Positions 9,926 through 18,797 of a stretch of DNA of 64,000 bases are shown here, piece after piece. The position numbers were made by a program, and so were the translations under genes. This DNA comes from Firmicutes bacterium ADurb.Bin182 (GTDB lineage Bacteria; Bacillota; Clostridia; Christensenellales; CAG-138). Position 1 is the stretch's first letter, and every line of letters starts with the position of its first letter. The notes below the pieces were generated by a model. It had not been told where the DNA came from. It saw only the letters and a list, made by a program, of their open reading frames with translations, and did not search any database. The stretch is from the NCBI GenBank assembly GCA_002070205.1, contig MWCU01000023.1, positions 6,671 to 70,670 of the forward strand, in the 5' to 3' direction.

Positions 9926-10480
9926 TCAATCCCAATAATGGTTCTTTTCGATTAATGCATAATAATCAGATGCTAACACTCCTACGATTGCTAAATCTTT
10001 GAACTGACCACCTTTAAAAACGTACTCTCGTCTAACGCCCTCAACGGACCAACCGCACTTTGTGTAAAGTCCCTTAGAAGCAACATTATCATCAAACCAT
10101 GCACCGTCTAAACGATGAAGCCCTAATTCATCAAAAGTGTAACGCATCAATGCCATGACAGCATCAGTGCCTATACCTTTTGTGCGATTTTTCCTGTTTG
10201 CAAGCTTGATACCGTGATTTGCGCTTCTATTTTTCCAATCGATATCTGTGAGAGTTACGATTCCGACCGCGCCATCGTCTTTCGTTTCTATAATAAAACG
10301 CTTGCTTTTGCTATCGGTCAGTAAGTTAATATACCAATTGTGCTGTTGTTCTTTAGATACGGGGAACGACCAACCGACAACATATTGTTCCATATCGCTG
10401 TCATTCATCATATCTCTCAGCATTTCCAGATCGTCTTCTTCAACGGCTCTAAGAGTAACAAAACGTCCTTTTATATTCAT
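9926..10480 (-). CDS. GNAT-family N-acetyltransferase (RimJ/RimL-like)
   Basis: FVTLRAVEEDDLEMLRDMMND..., and later RTKGIGTDAVMALMRYTFDELGLHRL (acetyl-CoA binding Q/R-x-x-G-x-G/A). Confidence 0.75.
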   Translation of the reverse strand: MNIKGRFVTLRAVEEDDLEMLRDMMNDSDMEQYVVGWSFPVSKEQQHNWYINLLTDSKSKRFIIETKDDGAVGIVTLTDIDWKNRSANHGIKLANRKNRTKGIGTDAVMALMRYTFDELGLHRLDGAWFDDNVASKGLYTKCGWSVEGVRREYVFKGGQFKDLAIVGVLASDYYALIEKNHYWD

Positions 10481-10502
10481 CTATATACTCCTTTTTAACA
10501 GT

Positions 10503-11201
10503 TTATTTTACAGCTTCCGATTCGATAGCTTTCTCGCTTCTTAAAATATTCAAATCTCCAGGTCCAGTCACACCGCGGACTCCAACATCTTTTCTCATTA
10601 ACACTTTTTGAATTGTTTTAAAAAATATACCGGCATCCGTGAGAAATGATATATTCTCGACGTATTTAACATCATATGCGAATCTGTCCTCCCATGACAG
10701 GGTATTACGTCCGTTTATTTGCGCAAGCCCTGTTAAACCACCACGAACAGAATGCCTGATTTGTTCATTTTCTTTGAAGTACGGCTGGTAAAGAACCGGC
10801 AGAGGGCGCGGTCCAATAATGCTCATGTCGCCCTTGATTATGTTTAGTAACTCGGGAAGCTCGTCTATGCTCGTTGCCCGTAGCAGTTTACCGAATTTCC
10901 CCAGCCTTTCTTTGTCGGGTAGCAGCTTGCCTTCGGCATCTGTCTCCATAGACATCGAACGAAATTTGTACATTTTAAATGGCCGCTCATTTTTCCCTAT
11001 TCTCATCTGAGTAAACAAAACAGGGCTTCCGAGTTTTATTCTAACAAGGATCGCTACTATCAAAAGCAACGGGGATAAGATGATCAACGCTATGACGGAC
11101 AGACTCAGATCAAGTACCCGTTTGACGAACGATTTGTAAATAGAATGTTTGCAACCAGCGTTTTTCGGTTGTTTCATATTGCTTCGCTCCGTCAGCTTCA
11201 C
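10503..11201 (-). CDS. Small monotopic phosphoglycosyltransferase (bacterial sugar transferase, PglC/EpsL-like); priming enzyme
   Basis: RVLDLSLSVIALIILSPLLLIVAILVRIKLGSPVLFTQMRIGKNERPFKMYKFRSM ... DELPELLNIIKGDMSIIGPRP is the full PF02397-type signature. Confidence 0.85.
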   Translation of the reverse strand: MKLTERSNMKQPKNAGCKHSIYKSFVKRVLDLSLSVIALIILSPLLLIVAILVRIKLGSPVLFTQMRIGKNERPFKMYKFRSMSMETDAEGKLLPDKERLGKFGKLLRATSIDELPELLNIIKGDMSIIGPRPLPVLYQPYFKENEQIRHSVRGGLTGLAQINGRNTLSWEDRFAYDVKYVENISFLTDAGIFFKTIQKVLMRKDVGVRGVTGPGDLNILRSEKAIESEAVK

Positions 11202-12421
11202 ATCAGATCAAAGGCGACTTGTTTTTCAACGTTCGCCATGATTTCATGTAGCTCATCGATGCTTTCGCAGCAGGCAATATAATAACCAATCCGAGCACCA
11301 TCATTTTTGGGAGGCTCAATTGAACTTCCAACTTCAAAATTTAGCTTCCAGGACACAATTTCAGGCAGGCTGTTAATGTAATCGATGCCGTGAACGGCTT
11401 TGACAACACCACCGTTTCCAGGAGTTGTGAAGAATTTAAGTACAGCCGCGCGTTTTTTGAAACGATCAGCGACACTGAAATCGCGTTTGACATCAAGCCC
11501 GTTTCCGAGGAAGCAATTAACGAGGTATTCGTAATTGTCAACACCGGACATGAACGGCACGATGTGTGAGGAGATGAGATTTCCACCGCCTCTTGCGGCG
11601 GTCTCCATCATGTAGAATTCTCCATTTTCATACTTATACTCAGTATGCGTCAGACCAAACTTCAACGGAGAATTATCCACATATGTATCGATAAGTTCAC
11701 GGATACGACCATAATCGAAGTTGTCGTTTTCGTGCGTAAACAACAGCTCATTTGCAATGTTGTCGTTATGTTTATAGTGTTTCTTTTCTGATATAGCCAG
11801 TGTGAAATGCCCAAACGGTGTCTTTATGCCATCTACCGTGAATTCTACACCATTGATGTATTGCTCAATAAGGAATTCAGGTGCTGTACGCGACTGTGAA
11901 ATAGTTTCCGCCACGTGAGCATCGATGTCTGCTTTGCTGTTAACTACAAAAACGCCTCGACTGCTGTAGCTGTCAATCGGTTTGATTATCGCCTTTCCGT
12001 TTTCATGTTCGAAAAAGTCATAGGCATCAACAGCACTTCTACATAGTTTGTAACGCGGGTGAGGGAATCCATTCTTTTGTGCGTATTCCCTCATCATGTA
12101 TTTATTCACGTACATCAACGCAGCGGCGTGGTTTAGAGTTGTTATGCCTAATATGTCCGCCGCATGAACGATAGTATCCCAAACAATATCGCATTCTTCT
12201 GTAAGAATTGCGTTTGCACCTACTTCTTTACAGTACGCAACGCACGTTTCAACATTAAAAATATCTCCTACAAGGTGACCATCCGCATATTTAAACGATG
12301 GCGCTCCCTCATTTGAGTCAATGACAAAGGCTTTATGACCCATAGACTTAATTTTCTGAACAATTGGTACCTGCCACTTTCCTCCGGGTGTTACGACTAT
12401 GTTTTTACTTTCATTCATCAT
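11198..12421 (-). CDS. ATP-grasp domain carboxylate-amine ligase
   Basis: AIIKPIDSYSSRGVFVV, EFLIEQYINGVEFTVDG and ETAARGGGN follow the ATP-grasp motif order. It overlaps both neighbouring genes by 4 nt (operon coupling). Confidence 0.75.
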   Translation of the reverse strand: MMNESKNIVVTPGGKWQVPIVQKIKSMGHKAFVIDSNEGAPSFKYADGHLVGDIFNVETCVAYCKEVGANAILTEECDIVWDTIVHAADILGITTLNHAAALMYVNKYMMREYAQKNGFPHPRYKLCRSAVDAYDFFEHENGKAIIKPIDSYSSRGVFVVNSKADIDAHVAETISQSRTAPEFLIEQYINGVEFTVDGIKTPFGHFTLAISEKKHYKHNDNIANELLFTHENDNFDYGRIRELIDTYVDNSPLKFGLTHTEYKYENGEFYMMETAARGGGNLISSHIVPFMSGVDNYEYLVNCFLGNGLDVKRDFSVADRFKKRAAVLKFFTTPGNGGVVKAVHGIDYINSLPEIVSWKLNFEVGSSIEPPKNDGARIGYYIACCESIDELHEIMANVEKQVAFDLM

Positions 12422-13689
12422 ACATTAGCCTCATTAATACTTTCTTTATGCGAAGCGCAGAACGGCTTAACACCCATTTCTGTCAGCTTGTTTTGAACAA
12501 AGGATTCGTCGTACTCGTCTGCTGTTATCACTTTACTTATTGTGTTCAGAGCACTTTTGAGGTTTTCTATACTTTCCACGCCTATTCCGACTCGTATGAA
12601 TCTATCCGTACTCTCTCCGTATGCAGAACCAGGAACTACCGCAATCTTGTATTTCATCAGCAAATACATAGCAAATTCTAATGAGCTGCGGCTGTAATTC
12701 CCGATAGAAATGAAGAAGTAGAATGTCGCCGATCCTTCGAGTTTTTTTAGACCGATCTCATCAATATAGGTGCCTATATCTTGCCGCTTTTGCGTAACGG
12801 CTTTGGCTTGTGGAACAGTTATTTCTATCAGTTGATCGAAATACTTCGCAATATACATAAGCAATACTGTCGAAGCACAAGTGATTAAATGCTGATTGAG
12901 TTTTAATACGCTGAATATTACTTCGGGGGTAGAAATCAAGTAACCTATTCTCCAGCCTGAAATTCCTAAATTTTTCGACAAAGAATTGACAATGATTACT
13001 CCGTCTAAGTCTGCTACGACTTTGCTTATAGAAACAAATTCTTCATCTACGAGAAAATCGCTATACGCCTCATCAAGCATAAGATATATACCACGTTTAC
13101 GCGTAGCTTCATAGACATGTCTTAACTGTTCCTTTGTATATACTCTCCCTGCAGGGTTGTTTGGGTTATTAAGAATTAACATGCGCGTTTTTTCAGAGAA
13201 GTAGGCTTCAAAGCTTTCTGGCTCACAATCATACGGAATATACCGAGGAATTGCATCGGCAAGCTTTGCTTCTTCTGGATAGCTAAGCCATGCCGGTTCG
13301 TGTACAAGAACTTCATCACCCGGATTCAACACAGCCTGCATAGCCATAAAAATCAAAGGTTTTGAGCCAGCTGAGATAATTACATTCTTATCTGCATCAA
13401 TTTGCGCGCCGTATACTCGATTATAGTAATCTGCAATTTTCACACGCAATTCTGGCAACCCTTGGCTCTCGGAATAATGATATCCCTTAGTAAAATCAAT
13501 GCCGTTAAAATCGAATCTTGGTATATCAAAATACGCCTCTCCAAGCGAAAGCGTAGTGACGCTCTCTCCTCGTCTGCGCATATTGTAAACCAAGGTATTC
13601 ATGTAAATCGAGAGAGCTTCTGGAATGTCTTTAACCTTCTCGCTGATCTGTAGCTTTGGTAAGCTCATCATTGTTGTTATCCTCCACAT
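12418..13689 (-). CDS. Class I/II pyridoxal-phosphate aminotransferase
   Basis: NNPNNPAGRVY and NSLSKNLGISGWRIGY (PLP-lysine motif S-x-S-K). The start may be MMSLPKL at 13671. Confidence 0.8.
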   Translation of the reverse strand: MWRITTMMSLPKLQISEKVKDIPEALSIYMNTLVYNMRRRGESVTTLSLGEAYFDIPRFDFNGIDFTKGYHYSESQGLPELRVKIADYYNRVYGAQIDADKNVIISAGSKPLIFMAMQAVLNPGDEVLVHEPAWLSYPEEAKLADAIPRYIPYDCEPESFEAYFSEKTRMLILNNPNNPAGRVYTKEQLRHVYEATRKRGIYLMLDEAYSDFLVDEEFVSISKVVADLDGVIIVNSLSKNLGISGWRIGYLISTPEVIFSVLKLNQHLITCASTVLLMYIAKYFDQLIEITVPQAKAVTQKRQDIGTYIDEIGLKKLEGSATFYFFISIGNYSRSSLEFAMYLLMKYKIAVVPGSAYGESTDRFIRVGIGVESIENLKSALNTISKVITADEYDESFVQNKLTEMGVKPFCASHKESINEANV

Positions 13690-13729
13690 ATTTCAACTTG
13701 CAAATCTTTAAAATTGTTAATCGACAAGC

Positions 13730-14992
13730 TTATTCAAAGCAGTTTCTGATAATTTCAATTACCTTCTCCTGCTCCTCAACCGTCATGTTTACGTCGGTCG
13801 GCAAGCAGAAGCCTCTAGCGAAGATATCGTAGCCTATGTCAGCAGGTTTTCCGTCTTTTCCAACCAATCCGCCTGTGATATAGGCATCGGACAATCCGCG
13901 AGCCCAACCATCACGATTAACGAATCCATTCATCCGATAAATTGGTTGTGCGTGCATCGGCTTCCAGATCGGTCTGCCAAGAGCATTAGCCCTGTCGAGA
14001 ACCTCGAACAACTCGGTAGGACAGGACTTGCCATACTCTGGTCTATACACAGCCTTGTGATCATCGCGCGCTTGCGGACACATTGCGTCTGGGTCAATAA
14101 TCAAGCATGAGAGCCAATGGTTAGGAACTGAATTGACTTCATCCCACGGATTCATCGATACTGGTAAGCCTTTGAACCCCTCTTTATACCTGTTATAGAT
14201 AGCCGTCTTCATGGCTATGTGCTCTTCTAGATGGGGCAACTGTCCGCGAACCACACCAGCGATAACATTTGAAATTCTGTAGTTGTAGCCGAGTTCTTCG
14301 TGCTGATACCACGGAGCGTCATCGCGCGCCTGTGTTGACCACTTCCGCACTTTGCACATCTCATGGTAGGAATCAGTCAGCAGCATTCCACCTGCTGAGC
14401 CAGTAATGATTTTGTTACCGTTAAAACTGATGCAGCCGATGTTGCCGAAGGAGCCAGTCTGAATGCCTTTGTAGGTAGAGCCGAGACTCTCTGCCGCGTC
14501 CTCGATAACGATAGCATCATGTTCAGCAGCAATTCTCTTAATCTCATCGATTTTACCGGGAGTGCCATACAGGTGAGCTACTACAATTACTCGAACCTCC
14601 GGATACAACTCGAACGCTTTCTCCAGCGCCACCGGGTCCATGTTCCAGGTATCATACTCTGTGTCAATGAACACAGGAACACCGCCCTCGTAGACAACAG
14701 GATTCACGGTGGCATCGAAGGTCAAATCGGAACAGAACACCTTATCGCCGGGCTTAATCCCCGCCAGCTTCATCGCCATGTGTAGCGCAGCCGTACCGGT
14801 GGACAGACCAACGGCGTACTTCACGCCGATCTTCTCAGCTATCGTCTTTTCAATTTCGTTTATATTCTGACCCACTGTGGACATCCAGTTCGTCTCGTAG
14901 GCTTCCTTCATGTACTGGAGTTCCTCTCCGTGCATCAAGGGACTGGCAAGCCACACACGGCGCTCAAATGGCGTGAAATTTTTTGTGTTCAT
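13730..14992 (-). CDS. DegT/DnrJ/EryC1/StrS-family sugar aminotransferase (EpsN/PglE-like)
   Basis: GLSTGTAALHMAMKLAGIKPGDKVFCSDLTF ... EDAAESLGS ... ISFNGNKIITGSAGGML (PLP lysine). Confidence 0.85.
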   Translation of the reverse strand: MNTKNFTPFERRVWLASPLMHGEELQYMKEAYETNWMSTVGQNINEIEKTIAEKIGVKYAVGLSTGTAALHMAMKLAGIKPGDKVFCSDLTFDATVNPVVYEGGVPVFIDTEYDTWNMDPVALEKAFELYPEVRVIVVAHLYGTPGKIDEIKRIAAEHDAIVIEDAAESLGSTYKGIQTGSFGNIGCISFNGNKIITGSAGGMLLTDSYHEMCKVRKWSTQARDDAPWYQHEELGYNYRISNVIAGVVRGQLPHLEEHIAMKTAIYNRYKEGFKGLPVSMNPWDEVNSVPNHWLSCLIIDPDAMCPQARDDHKAVYRPEYGKSCPTELFEVLDRANALGRPIWKPMHAQPIYRMNGFVNRDGWARGLSDAYITGGLVGKDGKPADIGYDIFARGFCLPTDVNMTVEEQEKVIEIIRNCFE

Positions 14993-15023
14993 ATTGTAAC
15001 CGTTCCTTTGTAACCGATTTTGT

Positions 15024-15998
15024 TTAAAGATTTTCTCTATACCACTGAATGGCTTCAGCTAGTCCTGTCTTGAAATCGTAATCAGGATGATAGCCAAGCA
15101 GTCTTTCAGCCCTTGATATATCGGCGTTACTGTGCTTTATATCACCCTTCCGATCAGGGCCAAACTTCGGCGCTATGTCCTTGCCAAGAGCGGACGTGAG
15201 GGCATGGTAGATGTCAATCAAGTACTCTCTACCACCGTATGCTATGTTGTAGGCTTGACCGGCTGCTTCAGAACTGGACAGACACGCTTTCAGATTTGCC
15301 TCTATAACATTCTCAATATATGTAAAATCACGGCTCTGCTTGCCGTCACCATTAATCGTAGGCTGCTCATCATTCATGAGTTGTTTGATGAACTTCGGTA
15401 TGACAGCGGCATATGCGCCGTTCGGGTCTTGACGGCGGCCGAAAACGTTGAAGTACCTTAAACCTACTGTCTCCAAGCCGTAGTGTCTGGTGTACTGCTT
15501 GCCCCATTCTTCGGTGCATCGTTTTGTGAGAGCATACGGACTTAAGAGATTGCCCTCTCGTCCTTCTGTTTTCGGCAGATTCGGCTCGTCTCCGTAGACA
15601 GACGAACTGGAGGCGTAGACGAACTTCTTCACACCGTTTTGCCGAGCAGCCTCCATCATGTTCAAAGTGCCGCCGATATTATTTGCGTTATAGAAGAGCG
15701 GCATTTCGATAGAACGCGGAACAGACCCCCATGCGGCTTGATGAAGCACGTAGTCCATACCAGCCGTGGCCTGAATACACGTGTTAAAGTCCTTAATATC
15801 GCCTTTCACGAACTCATATCCGTCGCGTCCAAGGAACATATCTACGTTCGCTTGCTTGCCTGTGGAAAGGTCATCAAGGCAACGGACACGATAGCCGAGG
15901 TTCAGAATGGCTTCGCACAGATTCGAGCCGATAAAACCGGCACCACCTGTGACCAAGAATTGCGTCCCTTTCGGAAATTGTAATGTCTTGTAACCCAT
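15024..15998 (-). CDS. NAD-dependent UDP-HexNAc(A) 4-epimerase (WbpP/TviC-like SDR)
   Basis: FLVTGGAGFIGSNLCE, SPYALTKRC (Y-x3-K), RYFNVFGRRQDPNGAYAAVIPKF. Paired with the upstream dehydrogenase, as in tviBC/wbpOP. Confidence 0.8.
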   Translation of the reverse strand: MGYKTLQFPKGTQFLVTGGAGFIGSNLCEAILNLGYRVRCLDDLSTGKQANVDMFLGRDGYEFVKGDIKDFNTCIQATAGMDYVLHQAAWGSVPRSIEMPLFYNANNIGGTLNMMEAARQNGVKKFVYASSSSVYGDEPNLPKTEGREGNLLSPYALTKRCTEEWGKQYTRHYGLETVGLRYFNVFGRRQDPNGAYAAVIPKFIKQLMNDEQPTINGDGKQSRDFTYIENVIEANLKACLSSSEAAGQAYNIAYGGREYLIDIYHALTSALGKDIAPKFGPDRKGDIKHSNADISRAERLLGYHPDYDFKTGLAEAIQWYRENL

Positions 15999-16003
15999 CT
16001 GGT

Positions 16004-17317
16004 TTACAGCCTCCAGTAAATGTAGCCTGCGGCTTCGTATTCAGCCCTATCCAGCAGACCTTTCACATCTACCAGAACCTTCTGACCGTTGCCGAACATT
16101 GCGTCGATCTGTTCCATCTTAAACTCGCTGAACTGTGTATGCGCCACGGCGAGAATAACAGCGTCACAACCGATCACTTCGTCCATTCCGCAGAACTCAA
16201 CGCCGTAGAGCTTCTTAGCTTCAGCCGCGTCTGCCGTGGGGTCGGTGATGAGCGGTTCAATGCCGTATTCACGCAGCTCTTTCACGATGTCGAAAACCTT
16301 AGAGTTTCTCGTATCGGGGCAGTTCTCTTTGAACGTGAAGCCAAGAATAGCTACCTTAGCACCCTTTACAGGCTTTTCAGCTTTGATCAAATTCTTGACC
16401 ACGTTCTCAGCTATGTACTTGCCCATGTCGTCGTTGATACGACGTCCGGACAGTATGACCTGAGAGTGGTAGCCCAGCATTTCAGCCTTGTATGTCAAGT
16501 AATAGGGGTCTACGCCGATGCAATGACCGCCAACGAGTCCGGGGAAGAATTTGAGGAAGTTCCACTTCGTTCCCGCTGCTTCCAGAACGGATTTTGTGTC
16601 GATGCCCATCTTATTGAAGATGATCGACAGCTCGTTCATGAATGCGATATTGATGTCACGCTGGCTGTTTTCGATGACCTTCGCAGCTTCGGCAACCTTG
16701 ATACACGGAGCACGATGAACGCCCGCTTCTACAACTAACTCGTACACTTTCGCCACAGTGTCCAGCGTTTCGGCATCGCAACCGGAAACAATCTTCTTAA
16801 TGGTCTCGAGCCTGTGGACTTTATCGCCGGGGTTGATTCTTTCCGGGCTGTAACCGATCTTGAAGTCCACGCCGCATTTCAACCCAGATTCTTTCTCCAA
16901 AATCGGTACGCAGATGTCTTCAGTAACACCGGGGTAGACCGTGGACTCAAAGACTACGACAGAACCAGCTGTGAGATTCCTACCAAGTATCCTCGATGCA
17001 CCTTCTACAGGGCTCAAATCCGGCGTATGGTCATCGAACACAGGCGTGGGAACGGCAACGATGTGGAACTTGGCGCGACGAAGAGCTGTCTCGTTGGCGG
17101 TGAACTCCACGGTGGTAGCCTTAATCGCCTCATCGCCGACCTCATTCGTCGGGTCAACGCCGTTCTTATAGAGATTGATTTTTGCTTCGTTCAAATCGTA
17201 TCCGATGACGTTGATCTTTTTAGCGAAAGCCACAGCGATTGGCATTCCGACATAACCAAGGCCCACCAGAGACAGGGATTCTTTCTTTTCCACCAGTTGT
17301 TTGTACAGGTCGTTCAT
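16004..17317 (-). CDS. UDP-N-acetyl-hexosamine 6-dehydrogenase (nucleotide-sugar dehydrogenase, TviB/WbpO/Cap5O-like); first gene of the operon
   Basis: LSLVGLGYVGMPIAVAFA (Rossmann), PERINPGD, GLVGGHCIGVDPYYL (catalytic Cys). Confidence 0.85.
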   Translation of the reverse strand: MNDLYKQLVEKKESLSLVGLGYVGMPIAVAFAKKINVIGYDLNEAKINLYKNGVDPTNEVGDEAIKATTVEFTANETALRRAKFHIVAVPTPVFDDHTPDLSPVEGASRILGRNLTAGSVVVFESTVYPGVTEDICVPILEKESGLKCGVDFKIGYSPERINPGDKVHRLETIKKIVSGCDAETLDTVAKVYELVVEAGVHRAPCIKVAEAAKVIENSQRDINIAFMNELSIIFNKMGIDTKSVLEAAGTKWNFLKFFPGLVGGHCIGVDPYYLTYKAEMLGYHSQVILSGRRINDDMGKYIAENVVKNLIKAEKPVKGAKVAILGFTFKENCPDTRNSKVFDIVKELREYGIEPLITDPTADAAEAKKLYGVEFCGMDEVIGCDAVILAVAHTQFSEFKMEQIDAMFGNGQKVLVDVKGLLDRAEYEAAGYIYWRL

Positions 17318-17489
17318 CTTTATATACCGTTCCTTTTTTCGCTGCCGTTTTCCGGTCAGCTTTTGAATATTAGTTTTTCTACAGCCTTTTTATGGCTGTG
17401 GTTATCAATATTTGATATTGCTATTCTCTGACTGTTGTTGTTATCATAAGGCAGTGTACTTTTTCACAGCCCCTCCCGCGCCTCACAAT

Positions 17490-17617
17490 GATATTGCTGA
17501 CATTCGATAGTTGCTGTATGTGGATAGGGAGAAGATGATTTATGCTCTCCACGCTCTCTAAACCAGCTCCATGTGATATTGCCGACATACCAAGGTTGCT
17601 GTATGCGGATAGGGAGA
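17490..17617. repeat. Two 43-bp direct repeats (17490-17532 and 17575-17617, 37/43 identical, 85-bp period) in the operon leader
   Basis: GATATTGCTGACATTCGATAGTTGCTGTATGTGGATAGGGAGA versus GATATTGCCGACATACCAAGGTTGCTGTATGCGGATAGGGAGA, aligned by hand. Confidence 0.8.
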
Positions 17618-17833
17618 GGAAGAAAAATGCCTAATATTGCCATTTTCGACTCTTCCAACCTCATCCCGGTGTGCCAGTGTTCGGGGGTACTAACATACTG
17701 TCGGACTACTTGCTCTAACTTGTGATTTTCCTTTATGCAACTATTATTCATTTCGGGCTTCTTTTATGCATTTTATGGTGCTTTTCTTGCATAAACGGCA
17801 GGATATACTGTATAATTACCCCTCTCCCTATCC
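17607..17833. promoter_or_regulatory. Candidate invertible DNA segment: 13-bp perfect inverted repeat flanking about 200 bp
   Basis: GGATAGGGAGAGG at 17607-17619 and its exact reverse complement CCTCTCCCTATCC at 17821-17833. An imperfect extension (..GCTGT..) continues outward on both arms. Inversion itself is not observable from a single sequence. Confidence 0.35.
17787..17816 (+). promoter_or_regulatory. Near-consensus sigma-A type promoter inside the candidate invertible segment, currently pointing away from the polysaccharide operon
   Basis: TTGCAT (17787-17792), an 18-nt spacer, then TATAAT (17811-17816). It ends 4 nt before the right inverted repeat. Confidence 0.35.
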
Positions 17834-17961
17834 CCTATCAACAGCACTACCTCAACCTGACATTAACCTGCAACAACCTGACATTATATGTGCATATTGC
17901 TCATTTCTACATGCCCGGTTATGTGCATTTTGTACACTCATACTCTCTCAATCAGGCTGCT

Positions 17962-18174
17962 ACATATTGTGGTGGCTGACGCATAAATACACAACATATT
18001 GTGGTTCTTCATTTCTGAAACAACATCACTCAAAATCCGGACAGGATCCCCTCATTTTCGAGATTCGTTCAAAAGGATTGCGAACATTATTCCATATTCT
18101 GCATATAATGTTCGTGTTTTTTGGCATACTGCATGTTGTGGTGCACGACGCATAAACATACAATATATTGTAGC
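17962..18174. repeat. Four copies of a 12-mer (ACATATTGTGGT-like), arranged as two 44-nt modules
   Basis: ACATATTGTGGT at 17962-17973 and 17994-18005, GCATGTTGTGGT at 18131-18142, ATATATTGTAGC at 18163-18174. Spacing within each module is 32 nt. Each module has a GACGCATAAA core between its two copies. Confidence 0.75.
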
Positions 18175-18194
18175 CTCCCCTTTTCTCAACTAGT

Positions 18195-18752
18195 TCACTC
18201 CTCAACTAATCCAATTGTAAAGCTCAGGTTGCCGGAATATGTGCCGGACTGAGTCGGTTTTGCCGCTGGTTGAACCGTTAAAACAACGAAATCTGCCTTT
18301 GTATCAGAGGACACTGCGGACGGCTGGAATCTGTCAATCTCATCTCCGGCTTCTACAATAGTATCACCATATTTTATGGTTAACCCTATTGTCTCCTCAC
18401 CGTTCGTCAAATCTGTGACACCGGCAAGATTACAATACAACTGCCGATTAACCGGAAAATCCGACCATGACGCGATATTTATATCAAGACTGGTTGCTGA
18501 GCCGTCGGAATTCATAGTCAAGCCTGTAGGCACTGAAACAAAATACTGTGTGTTAAAGGCTGGCGTATATGAAAGCGTGACGTTATTTGACGTCTCAGCT
18601 GCCGATGCTGATATTGGAATACCCAAAGCTTCGAGTGCTCCGGACAAATCTAACAGGATGAAGCCTGCGATAAAGCATAGGGCTATGTATGCGGTTAAGA
18701 ACGCATTGATGCAGTGATTAGCTGTGGATCGTTTGCCATCCATGTATCTCAC
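18195..18752 (-). CDS. Hypothetical secreted or membrane-anchored protein (N-terminal TM/signal, beta-rich ectodomain)
   Basis: N-terminal hydrophobic segment AFLTAYIALCFIAGFILL. The C-terminus ends SGTYSGNLSFTIGLVEE, a G-x-Y-x-G-x-L-x-F pattern reminiscent of fimbrial/adhesin beta-sandwich proteins. No family could be assigned. Confidence 0.45.
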   Translation of the reverse strand: MRYMDGKRSTANHCINAFLTAYIALCFIAGFILLDLSGALEALGIPISASAAETSNNVTLSYTPAFNTQYFVSVPTGLTMNSDGSATSLDINIASWSDFPVNRQLYCNLAGVTDLTNGEETIGLTIKYGDTIVEAGDEIDRFQPSAVSSDTKADFVVLTVQPAAKPTQSGTYSGNLSFTIGLVEE

Positions 18753-18797
18753 ATCCTTTCTATGAAATGTTTATTGTTGAACTTGTGATTACTGTGA

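Noticed and set aside
15983-16738. A 251-aa ORF on the plus strand, with its companions at 16814..17431 and 15639..15983
   Set aside because: They are antisense shadows of the UDP-HexNAc dehydrogenase and epimerase genes, which carry clear Rossmann and catalytic motifs on the minus strand.
17722-18193. Plus-strand ORFs of 85, 129 and 64 aa in the operon leader, downstream of the candidate promoter
   Set aside because: They overlap each other in different frames, have no RBS and give odd Cys/His/Leu-rich translations. They coincide with the DNA repeat array, so the region is better explained as regulatory non-coding DNA.
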